From assembly GCA_965243025.1 (NCBI GenBank), contig CBDETY010000003.1:6528001-6592000 (forward strand): 64,000 nt of DNA. The letters run 5' to 3'. This document shows positions 38,479 through 46,820 of the stretch, one piece after another. A program made the translations under genes and the position numbers. This DNA comes from Candidatus Latescibacterota bacterium. Its GTDB lineage: Bacteria; Latescibacterota; UBA2968; UBA8231. Position 1 is the stretch's first letter; every line of letters begins with the position of its first letter. Under the pieces are notes generated by a model. It did not search any database and was not told the DNA's origin. It worked only from the letters and a program-made list of their open reading frames with translations.

Positions 38479-39451
38479 AAATGCCATCCGCTTTGCGCGC
38501 CAGCTGGGGGTCCGGCACGTCGTCTGGACTCTCGGCAGCGAGCAGTATCCGGGAGACCGCGTCGATTACGAGGTCTTCGCAAGAGCGAGGGAGACGTTCG
38601 ACAAGGGCGGGCTCGAGCTGCTGGTGCTGGAGGGATTCCCGCATCACTTCTACGACAAGGCGATGTTCAACCTCCCAGGCCGGGACGATGAGATCGCCGG
38701 CGTGTGCGAGAGCATCCGCAACATGGGGCGGGCTGGCATCGGTGTGCTCAGCTACCAGTGGATGCCGCTCGGAGGACTGAGTACCGATGTCGTTCGCGGC
38801 CGCGGTGGGGCGCGCGAACGCCGCTTCGACCTCGACAGCGCGCTCGACCATCCGGCTGCCGTCCTCGACTGGCGCGAGCAGGGGCTCTACCAGCTGCCCG
38901 ACCGGGACATGGGCCGCGAGGAAGTATGGGAAAACCTCACCTACTTCCTCGAGCGCGTGGTGCCGGCTGCCGAAGAGGCCGGTGTCAAACTGGCCATGCA
39001 TCCGGATGATCCTCCCGTAGAGTCCTTCCTCGGCGTGGAGCGCATCCTCTACAACCTGGACGGGCTGCAGCGTCTCATCGACACGATGCCCAGCCCCAAC
39101 AACGGCCTCAACTTCTGTCAGGGCTGCGTTTCGGAGATGGCGGGCGTCGACGTCGTGCAAGCCATTCGTCGATTCGGCTCACAGGGGGCAATTCACTTCG
39201 CGCATTTCCGCGATACGCGGGGAACGGTACCTCGCTTCGACGAAGTTTTCATGGACGAGGGGGACACCGACATGGTCGCTGCCATGCGCGCGTACGTCGA
39301 TGCCGGCGTCGACGTCTGCATTCGAGCCGATCACACGCCGGGGATCGTCGGCGACAACGAGCGCGCCGAGCGCGGGTACGGCTTCCAGATCGGCTATATG
39401 AAAGGACTGCTCGCTGCCGCAGAACGGGCGCGTTCGGGAGGGAAGACGTGA
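38444..39451 (+). CDS. uxuA: Mannonate dehydratase (UxuA family)
   Basis: AAGGAG RBS; 'IRNMGRAGI', 'YQWMP', 'FLERVVPAAEEAGVKLAMHPDDPP', 'HFRD', 'RADH'. Confidence 0.85.
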   Translation: MMKIALGVTLDENAIRFARQLGVRHVVWTLGSEQYPGDRVDYEVFARARETFDKGGLELLVLEGFPHHFYDKAMFNLPGRDDEIAGVCESIRNMGRAGIGVLSYQWMPLGGLSTDVVRGRGGARERRFDLDSALDHPAAVLDWREQGLYQLPDRDMGREEVWENLTYFLERVVPAAEEAGVKLAMHPDDPPVESFLGVERILYNLDGLQRLIDTMPSPNNGLNFCQGCVSEMAGVDVVQAIRRFGSQGAIHFAHFRDTRGTVPRFDEVFMDEGDTDMVAAMRAYVDAGVDVCIRADHTPGIVGDNERAERGYGFQIGYMKGLLAAAERARSGGKT

Positions 39452-40302
39452 ATCTCGCACTCGCCCTCGACTGCGCGCGGGACGAGGACTTGATCTTTGC
39501 GCAGCAGCTCGGCGTCACCCACGTGCTCGCGCAGCTGCCGGACGCAACGGACTGGCGCGCAAGAGACCTCAGGGCCCTGCGCAACCGGGTCGAAAAGGCG
39601 GGGCTCGCTCTCGCCGGTATCGAAGAAGCGCCTTTCTCGTTCGGCGAATCTGTGCGTGGCGGCGAATCCGACGAGGCCGAGCTCTGTGATTTGCTGCGGC
39701 AGGCCGGCGAGGCGGGAATCGAGACGGTCGGGTATTCGGCGATGCCACGCCCCCCTGCCGGTTCGTCGGGTACGGTGGAGACTCGCGGAGGGGCGGTCGC
39801 GCGGACCTGGCCGTCAGCGGATCTCATCGTCGAATCCGCGTACTGGGATTCGTTGAGATCGACGCTGGGGACAATCGTGCCGGTGGCGGAACGGGCTGGC
39901 GTCAGGCTGGCCTGTCAGGTCCCCGGGGAGGCGACCGTGTGCGATCGCCTGCTGTCCCTGAGCGAGAGCTCGAAGCACGGTCTCGACCTGCACTGCGGGA
40001 CCGGTTCGGTAGCGGGCGACCGCGAGGTTGCGCCTCTGATTGCCCGTTCCCGCGACAGGATATTCTCTATCCGTCTGGGCAGCTACTCGCAATCCGGCGG
40101 TCTGCACCAGGCTTTTCTCGACGAGGGAGGGAGCGACCAGATGTCGATTCTCGAGAGCTGTCGGGACGCGGGATTCACCGGCACTATCCGTCCCGCGCCT
40201 GCACCGCACATGCACGAGGATACGGACTGGGGCCACAAGGGACAGGCCTTCTCAGTGGGGTATCTGCGCGCCCAGCTTCAGGCGCTGGAAAGTCAGAGCT
40301 GA
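39448..40302 (+). CDS. UxuA-like protein lacking metal-binding motifs
   Basis: Colinear with UxuA but HPDDPP, HFRD and RxDH are replaced. Confidence 0.65.
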   Translation: MNLALALDCARDEDLIFAQQLGVTHVLAQLPDATDWRARDLRALRNRVEKAGLALAGIEEAPFSFGESVRGGESDEAELCDLLRQAGEAGIETVGYSAMPRPPAGSSGTVETRGGAVARTWPSADLIVESAYWDSLRSTLGTIVPVAERAGVRLACQVPGEATVCDRLLSLSESSKHGLDLHCGTGSVAGDREVAPLIARSRDRIFSIRLGSYSQSGGLHQAFLDEGGSDQMSILESCRDAGFTGTIRPAPAPHMHEDTDWGHKGQAFSVGYLRAQLQALESQS

Positions 40303-40460
40303 TGCATAACATCGCCGCGCGTTACGATTTTGGCATGTTCGGCAACTATCCGTTTGCCGCCGGCGTTACCGACGGGGACGGCCGCGCCGAGTTCGCCATG
40401 ATGAGCCGGGAGGGTGATTACCTCCTCGCCTCGACCACGACGGCAGGTGGAACTGAGTGA
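40302..40460 (+). pseudogene. Truncated N-terminal gene fragment (FG-GAP-like DGDGRAE motif)
   Basis: ATG overlaps previous stop; 52 aa with 'TDGDGRAEF', then ends. Confidence 0.35.
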
Positions 40461-40485
40461 ACCCTCGCACACTCACCGATTCACC

Positions 40486-41235
40486 ATGCCACAGACCATA
40501 CTCATAACCGGAATGACCGGGCTCATCGGGGGCGAGGTCCGCAGTCGCCTCGAGGGCCGCTATCAGCTGCGAGCCCTCAACAGAAGGGCGGTGCCCGGGG
40601 TCGACTGCCATCAGGCCGACATCGGCGACCTCGAGGCCATTGCGCCCGCCTTCGCCGGCGTCGATGTCGTCGTCCACCTTGCCGCCCTGATCGGCGGCTC
40701 CTGGGACGCGTTGCTGGACGCCAACATCGTCGGCACCTACAACGTTTTCGAGGCCGCCCGCCGGAACGACGTCCAGCGCGTCGTGTTTGCCAGCAGTGGC
40801 TCGGTCGTCGCCGGGTACGAGCAAGTCTCGCCGTACAGAGAGCTCGCGACCGGAAAGTATGAAGAGGCGCCACCTACCTGGCCGATAATGACCGCGGACA
40901 CCCCGGTGTGGCCGGCCGGCCTTTACGCCTGCAGCAAAGTCTGGGGCGAGGCGCTCGCTCGACACTACTGCGACGCGCACGGCCTTTCCATCCTCTGCCT
41001 GCGCTTCGGGAGGGTTAACCCGGAAAATCGGCCCACCCAGCCGCGCGAGTACTGCGTCTGGTTGAGTCACCGGGACGTGGCCCAAATGATCGAGCGCTGC
41101 ATCGAGGCGCCCGATCATCTCGGCTACGAAGTGTTTTTCGTCGTCTCTGACAACAAGTGGGGATACCGCGATCTGACATCCCCGCATCGGGCTGTGGGAT
41201 TCGAACCTCAGGATTCGGCGGACGATTACCGTTGA
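40486..41235 (+). CDS. NAD-dependent epimerase/dehydratase (uronate dehydrogenase-like)
   Basis: 'ITGMTGLIG', 'VVHLAA', 'NIVGTYNVFEAAR', 'YACSK', 'WLSHRD'. Confidence 0.9.
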   Translation: MPQTILITGMTGLIGGEVRSRLEGRYQLRALNRRAVPGVDCHQADIGDLEAIAPAFAGVDVVVHLAALIGGSWDALLDANIVGTYNVFEAARRNDVQRVVFASSGSVVAGYEQVSPYRELATGKYEEAPPTWPIMTADTPVWPAGLYACSKVWGEALARHYCDAHGLSILCLRFGRVNPENRPTQPREYCVWLSHRDVAQMIERCIEAPDHLGYEVFFVVSDNKWGYRDLTSPHRAVGFEPQDSADDYR

Positions 41236-41267
41236 AGTGGCCGACGACACCTGATGCGGCGCAGAGG

Positions 41268-41486
41268 TCAATCGAAAACGATGATATTGCGCCGCGCCTC
41301 GCCGCTTTCCACCTCCGCGATCGCTTCGTTGATCTGCTCGAGACGGTATCGACCCGACACGAGCTCATCCAGCTTGAGACGGCGGGACCGGTAGAGATCG
41401 AAATAACGCGGGATGTGCACTGTGGGAATCGTCGAGCCGTTGTGATTTCCGATGACCCGGCGCTCCGAGATCAATACCGCGTCCAA
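41268..41486 (-). pseudogene. C-terminal remnant of a Zn-dependent alcohol dehydrogenase
   Basis: 'IPRYFDLYRSRRLKLDELVSGRYRLEQINEAIAEVESGEARRNIIVFD'. Confidence 0.75.
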
Positions 41487-41504
41487 CCCGGCGATGGCGC
41501 CGCA

Positions 41505-41882
41505 GCCCAGTATTTCGGATCACAAGGCCTGTACTGTTTTGACTTCCTGGGCAACCTGAAGTGGAAAAGAGACTTCGGGGACATGACAACGCGGAATAGC
41601 TTTGGTGAAGGCAGCTCTCCGGCCATTCAGGGGACTACCCTCGTGGTCAACTGGGATCATGAAGGAGATTCGTTCATCGTCGCGCTCGACACGCGGTCCG
41701 GCGAAGAGATTTGGCGCCGGGAGCGAGACGAACCCACCTCCTGGTCTACGCCGTTGATCGTCGAGTTTGACGAAAAGCACCAGGTAATCGTCAGCGCGTC
41801 GCGAAAGACGAGGAGCTATGATCTCGAGACGGGAGATCTGATCTGGGAATGTTCCGGTACTGCATTGCAGCCGACTGAGTGA
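41505..41882 (+). pseudogene. Internal fragment of a PQQ-like/BamB-type beta-propeller protein
   Basis: 'YFGSQGLYCFDFLGNLKWKRD..SSP..FIVALDTRSGEEIW..SWSTP..SYDLETGDLIWEC'; no start or C-terminus. Confidence 0.75.
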
Positions 41883-42179
41883 CCGCTGGAATCAGGCGGC
41901 CATTAAATGTGACACCAATTACCGCTCCGGAAAGTCCTGGTGTGTGACAGCACGCTATGGCTCTTGAAGGAGGAGTCCGCCTCGCCTTCGCGCTTGCGAA
42001 AGCGACGGAATTCCAAGGGATAGTGCGTAATCCAACGATTCAGGCAGGACGGGTCCGTGGTCTCCACAGACTCCGCGTTTATCGCCAATACGTTTTTTCG
42101 CTCGCTCACCACAAGCCCGGTCGGGTAAAGGACTCTGTCACGGGGCTCACGGATGGATCTCCGGGATCCCCAGCATCCT

Positions 42180-42466
42180 GCCGGCGGCGGCGGTTGTACG
42201 AAGCGATTTCTGTCAAAGGAGACCTCGCGGAGGCGCGGCAATTGTGTCGGCAACTCGCTCCGCTGATGCGGTTTTCTATTTCGGGGCCCATCACTCGAAG
42301 GGCGACGGCGCCCATGTTGTCAGCTCGATGAAGGGGCGCTGAACATGGTCGGTCCACCGGTGGGTGATCCGGACCCGCCAATCAACCGCTCCAGGCAGAG
42401 CATCGTCGAACACTGACCGCCATGCTCCGCGACCTCGGCCACACTCTCAACGAGGACGCGGTCTGA
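42180..42466 (+). pseudogene. Frameshifted C-terminal remnant of a DHDPS-family aldolase
   Basis: 'LYEAISVKGDLAEARQLCRQLAPL', 'GALNMVGPPVGDP', 'LQAEHRRTLTAMLRDLG..*'; stop overlaps next ATG. Confidence 0.55.
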
Positions 42467-43569
42467 TGAATAGCACGCTCACCTCTCAACCAGGAAGACA
42501 GGCAAACAAAATGGTCATCACAGACGTAGAGCTGCGCGTAGTAGAGAAAGCACCGGACCAGGAGGTCGTCGTCATCACGGTCAGGACGGACGCCGGCATC
42601 GACGGCCACAGCATGGGGTGGGGCATCAGGGGAGGCGTGCGCCTGGCGGAGGAGATCGCCGCCGTCATCCGTCCCGAGCTGATCGGCGAAGACCCTGTCC
42701 GGCGGGAGCATCTATACCATAAGATCATGCGGGCAGACCGGTGGGGAGGGCATCTGCCGATAACCGCCCACGGCCCCGTCGACGTCGCTCTCTGGGACAT
42801 CACCGCCAAGCAGGCTGGCCTGCCCCTCTACCAGCTGGCCGGCGGTTACCGGGACAAGATCATGGCCTACGCCACGGGTCCCAAGTACCCGACGCCAGAG
42901 GAATACGTCGCCGAGGGGCTGCGCGCGGCCGCACAGGGATTCAAGGCCTACAAGCTGCACCCGTACGGGGATGCCGCCCTCGACGTCGAGTGCTGCCGTC
43001 AGGTGCGCGAGGTCCTGGGACCGGACTTCATTCTGATGAGCGACCCGGTCGGGGCCTACGATTTCGAGGACGCCATGCGAGTGGGGAGGGCCCTGGAGAA
43101 ACTCGACTATTTCTGGTACGAAGAGCCGCTATACGATTACGACATCCACAACTACGTGAGGCTCACTCAGGCACTCGACATCCCCATCGCCGGCGTCGAA
43201 TGGGCGTCCGGCGGTCATCACCTGGCCGCCGAGTATATCACGCGCGGCGCCGTCGACATCGTCCGCAGCGACGTCTCCTGGAAGGGCGGGTTCACCGGTT
43301 ATCTGAAGACCGCCCACCTGTGCGAGGCCTTCGGACTCAACTGCGAGATCCACCTGGCTGTCCATTCCCTGCTCAACCTGGCGAACCTTCACGCCGCCTG
43401 CGGCGTGCGAAATTGCCGCTTTCTCGAGTTGACCGTCGATATCGACAACTTCGCCATCGCGCCGATGACCTTGGACGCGGAAGGCTACGTCCACTGCCCG
43501 CAGGAGCCCGGCCTCGGGGGCCAGCTGGATTGGGATCTGCTGGAGGCGAAAACGATCCGCACCGTGTGA
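42466..43569 (+). CDS. Mandelate racemase/muconate lactonizing (enolase superfamily) enzyme
   Basis: 'VDVALWDITAK', KxxK 'FKAYKLH', 'LMSDP', 'WYEEP', 'AGVE', 'CEIH', 'EPGLG'. Confidence 0.9.
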   Translation: MNSTLTSQPGRQANKMVITDVELRVVEKAPDQEVVVITVRTDAGIDGHSMGWGIRGGVRLAEEIAAVIRPELIGEDPVRREHLYHKIMRADRWGGHLPITAHGPVDVALWDITAKQAGLPLYQLAGGYRDKIMAYATGPKYPTPEEYVAEGLRAAAQGFKAYKLHPYGDAALDVECCRQVREVLGPDFILMSDPVGAYDFEDAMRVGRALEKLDYFWYEEPLYDYDIHNYVRLTQALDIPIAGVEWASGGHHLAAEYITRGAVDIVRSDVSWKGGFTGYLKTAHLCEAFGLNCEIHLAVHSLLNLANLHAACGVRNCRFLELTVDIDNFAIAPMTLDAEGYVHCPQEPGLGGQLDWDLLEAKTIRTV

Positions 43570-43782
43570 GCGCTCCAGAGTGGGGATTTCGGTGAAAATA
43601 ACCAGCAGTTCCGGAGGAAAGTTACCTCAGGGCGTCCTGCGGGCTCTTCTCGACGAGACCGCAGAGCTCGTCGATTTCGCCCTTCTGGATGATCAGGTGA
43701 AATACTCGTCTTGGCGAGCCACGCATCGCGCAGCTTCACGTCCTCGGCGTGTTTCTCCGGAGACGCGATACGCGTGCGCCAG

Positions 43783-43836
43783 CGAGGCGGACAGCCCGAG
43801 TTGTTGCGCCAGCGATTTGATCGTCGGTCTGTTCAC
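43783..43836 (-). pseudogene. First ~18 codons of a LacI-family regulator
   Basis: GTG right after the PhyH stop reads 'MNRPTIKSLAQQLGLSAS', then diverges. Confidence 0.5.
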
Positions 43837-43837
43837 C

Positions 43838-44581
43838 TCAGAAACTCGGTCGCATCTGCTCGAAATGGCACTCGTTCATGCGGCCGCGGACGAGGGCGAC
43901 TTTCCAGTTCCCCTCGGCACCCGCCGCCGGCCTGCTGTGTGCAGGAACGTAGATCGTGGCCATCCCACAGCGGCGGCGATTCGATCGGTTGGGTCGGCTG
44001 CCGTGTACCGTCATGCCGTGGTGGAGGGAGATCTGGCCGGCCTCGAGTTCGTTGTCGACCGCTCGGCTGAGCTCTTGCTCGCTCAACGGCACCTCCTGAT
44101 TGATGCTCAGGAGGTTACCGGCCTCCTTCGCTTTGCCGTGTTCGCGGAGTCCCCACTCATGCGAACCGGGAATGAACCGCACGCAGCCGTTGTCGGCGTC
44201 GGCGTCGTCGATCGCAATCCACGCGTTGACGGCGAAGGGCGGCTCCAGACCCCAATACGTGACGTCCTGGTGCCAGGCGACAAACTCGTCGGAAGGGCCA
44301 TACTTGCAGAACGTGCGGGTCGCCAGCAGGAGGATGTCGGGTCCCACCAGAGACTCGACGCAGTCCAGCACTTGCGGATTGGTAGCCAGATCCCAGGCGA
44401 ACGGCTCGTCGAAGTGGAGGTTTCCCAACCCCTCCGAGCACTTCTGGCGGCCGACGCGGGCCTGGAATTCGTCGAAGGCCCGACGGGCGCTGTCCACCTG
44501 CTCCTGCCCGGCAATATCGATGCCCGTAAGAAACCCATCGGTTTCGAAGGCCTGGACCTGATCGGCTGTCAGTCTAGTCAT
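43838..44581 (-). CDS. Phytanoyl-CoA dioxygenase (PhyH) family Fe/2OG dioxygenase
   Basis: 'AWHQD', 'AWIAIDDA..NGC..IPGSH', 'HGSRPNRS.RRR'. Confidence 0.9.
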   Translation of the reverse strand: MTRLTADQVQAFETDGFLTGIDIAGQEQVDSARRAFDEFQARVGRQKCSEGLGNLHFDEPFAWDLATNPQVLDCVESLVGPDILLLATRTFCKYGPSDEFVAWHQDVTYWGLEPPFAVNAWIAIDDADADNGCVRFIPGSHEWGLREHGKAKEAGNLLSINQEVPLSEQELSRAVDNELEAGQISLHHGMTVHGSRPNRSNRRRCGMATIYVPAHSRPAAGAEGNWKVALVRGRMNECHFEQMRPSF

Positions 44582-44659
44582 CTCGTGCTCCTCTTCAACC
44601 GCCGTAGGAATTGGCCGGCACCCCCCTGACGCCGGGGTCGATCCGGATGAGACAGCCCC

Positions 44660-44970
44660 GCCTGGTCAGGGCAGGCAATGCCAGGGCCGCGGGCGAACTC
44701 GGTCAGGTGCCGGCCTTTGGCCATTGCCCCGTCGGGGGCCATCACCTCGGACATCACCGGCGGCAAAGAGCCCGGCCAGCCTGGCAAGCTCCACCGCTCC
44801 CTCGGTATGACCCTGGCGGCCGATTATCCCCTCCGGGTGGGCGGCCAGGGGAAGCACGTGCCCGGGGATGACGATATCGGCGGGCCCGGTGTCCGGCTCG
44901 ATGGCGCGCCGGATGGAGGCCGCCCGGTCATGGGCCGATACGCCGGTGCCGATCCCGCCTCGGCTCGATG
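44660..44970 (-). pseudogene. ribB: 3,4-dihydroxy-2-butanone 4-phosphate synthase remnant
   Basis: 'GTGVSAHDRAASIRRAI..IVIPGHVLPL..GRQGHTEGAVELARLAGL', then frameshift to 'SEVMAPDGAMA..LTEFA'. Confidence 0.8.
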
Positions 44971-45037
44971 CCGGTCTTCACCGGGGGGGGCTCTTTTTTC
45001 GGTACATTCGCATGGCCCCGATTCGAGGAGAAACGCA

Positions 45038-46015
45038 ATGATCCATATCGCCGAAGTCCTGCCCCCTGACCCGACGCCGCTCTGGAGGATGGCAAAGCAA
45101 TGCGGCGTCGACCACGTGGTCGGCACCTTCGCCATCCCAGGGGACCCGGCCGGGGTCCACCCGGAGCAGCGGCCCTGGAGCTACACCAACCTCGTGAGAA
45201 TGAAGACCGCTTTCAACGACGGCGGTTTCTCCCTCGACGTCATCGAGAGCCGCCCGCCGCTCGACAGGGCGAAGCTGGGCCTCGCCGACAGGGACGAGGA
45301 GATCGGGTACGCCTGCGAGCTGATCCGCAACATGGGCAGGCTCGGCATCCCGGTCTGGTGCACGGAGTGGATGCCGGTACTGAACTGGACCCGCACATCG
45401 ATGGCGGCGCCCGGCCGCGGCGGCGCCATGGTCACCGGCTTCGACAACGAGCTGATGGAGAACGCGCCCCTGACCGACGCCGGGGTCGTCACCGAGGAGC
45501 AGCTCTGGGACAACCTGAAGTATTTCCTCGAAAGGGTCGTGCCGGTCGCCGAGGAAGCCGGCGTCAGGCTCGCCATGCACCCCGACGACCCGCCCCTGTC
45601 CCCCCTGCGCGGCATGGGGCGGATCATGCGCAGCGTCGAGAACTACCAGAAGCTCCTCGACCTCGCGCCGAGCCCGGCCAACGGCATCTGCCTGTGCCAG
45701 GGCAACTTCACCCTGATGACCGGCGACCTGCCCGGAGTCATCCGCCACTTCGGGGAGCGCATCCACTTCGTCCACTTCCGCGACGTGCGCGGCACGCCGG
45801 AGAAATTCGTCGAGACCTTCCACGACGAAGGCCAGACCGACATGCGCGCCTGCATGGAAGCCTACCGCGACATCGGCTTCGAGGGGGTTCTGCGGCCCGA
45901 CCACGTGCCGACGATGGAGGGGGACCAGAACGACAGGCCGGGTTACTCCTCGATCGGACGCCTGTTCGCCATCGGCTACATCAAGGGGTTGCGCGAGGCG
46001 GTGTACGCAGGCTGA
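45038..46015 (+). CDS. uxuA: Mannonate dehydratase (UxuA family)
   Basis: GAGGAG RBS; 'IRNMGRLGI', 'EWMP', 'LAMHPDDPP', 'CLCQGN', 'HFVHFRDV', 'RPDHVP', 'AIGYIKGL'. Confidence 0.9.
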   Translation: MIHIAEVLPPDPTPLWRMAKQCGVDHVVGTFAIPGDPAGVHPEQRPWSYTNLVRMKTAFNDGGFSLDVIESRPPLDRAKLGLADRDEEIGYACELIRNMGRLGIPVWCTEWMPVLNWTRTSMAAPGRGGAMVTGFDNELMENAPLTDAGVVTEEQLWDNLKYFLERVVPVAEEAGVRLAMHPDDPPLSPLRGMGRIMRSVENYQKLLDLAPSPANGICLCQGNFTLMTGDLPGVIRHFGERIHFVHFRDVRGTPEKFVETFHDEGQTDMRACMEAYRDIGFEGVLRPDHVPTMEGDQNDRPGYSSIGRLFAIGYIKGLREAVYAG

Positions 46016-46088
46016 CCCGGGGTTCTTTCTGTCGGGCCCGCGCACGGCACGGCTCAGCCCGGAGGCCGGTCGCCGGGTCCCGGGAAAC

Positions 46089-46127
46089 AAAAAAAAGGCG
46101 GCACCGGTCCGTTCGACCGGCGCCGCC
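46089..46127 (-). terminator. Rho-independent terminator
   Basis: GGCGGCGCCGGTC-GAACG-GACCGGTGCCGCC followed by T8 on the minus strand. Confidence 0.8.
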
Positions 46128-46149
46128 CCGTTTGGCCGAAGCTTCTGTA

Positions 46150-46581
46150 CTAGTGGTGCCGGCCCCCGCCGCGCTTGCCCCTGCCCCTGTGCTCGCCCCC
46201 GTGTTCGCCCCCCCGCTTGCCGCGGTTGCGGCGCTCTTCCCGCAACTCCTGCATGCGGGCGAACTGCTCGTCGGTCAACACCTCTTTCAGTTTGCCCTCG
46301 GTCTCCTCGCGCAGCGCCTGCATCTGCTCCCGGCCCTGGCGTCCGTTTTCGCGCCGAGTCTCGCGGTGCTCGGAGAACAGCTCCCTGCTCTTCTCCTTCC
46401 GGGCTTTGAGGATCGCGTCTACCTGCGTCTTCTGTTCGTCGCTCAGGCCGAGCTCCTCGAACAGGGGGGCGTGGTCTTTCCCGCGCCCGGTCTTCTTGTC
46501 CCCGGTCTCCGAGTCGGCGGTGGCTGGAAGCGTCCCCAGGATCAGGACGGCGGCAGCGGTGATGGACGTGATGGCCTTCAT
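46150..46581 (-). CDS. Spy/CpxP-like periplasmic helical protein
   Basis: Signal peptide; 'ELGLSDEQK..', 'VLTDEQF' LTxxQ-like motifs. Confidence 0.65.
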   Translation of the reverse strand: MKAITSITAAAVLILGTLPATADSETGDKKTGRGKDHAPLFEELGLSDEQKTQVDAILKARKEKSRELFSEHRETRRENGRQGREQMQALREETEGKLKEVLTDEQFARMQELREERRNRGKRGGEHGGEHRGRGKRGGGRHH

Positions 46582-46820
46582 GGCGTTCCTCCAATCGTGC
46601 GGGTTACGGCGCGGCTGATTCCGGGCCGTTGTCGGCTTTCACGCCATTGGACAACGCGGATCCTTCGTTCATTCCCATTTTTTTGGGCGGAGGCAGCGAA
46701 GCTGAAAACCTTTAATCTCCATTTCTGGTCCATATTTGGAGTTTTCGTCTCCACGTTGCGCTTTTCAGACCCTTTCGTAGACACCAGAAGCGGCACGCTG
46801 CTACTTCACCCGAAAAAGCG

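Noticed and set aside
41900-42150. Possible further gene remnant
   Set aside because: No frame gave a recognisable family motif
35930-45040. Integron cassette array as explanation for the mosaic
   Set aside because: No attC-like repeats, mixed gene orientation, no integrase
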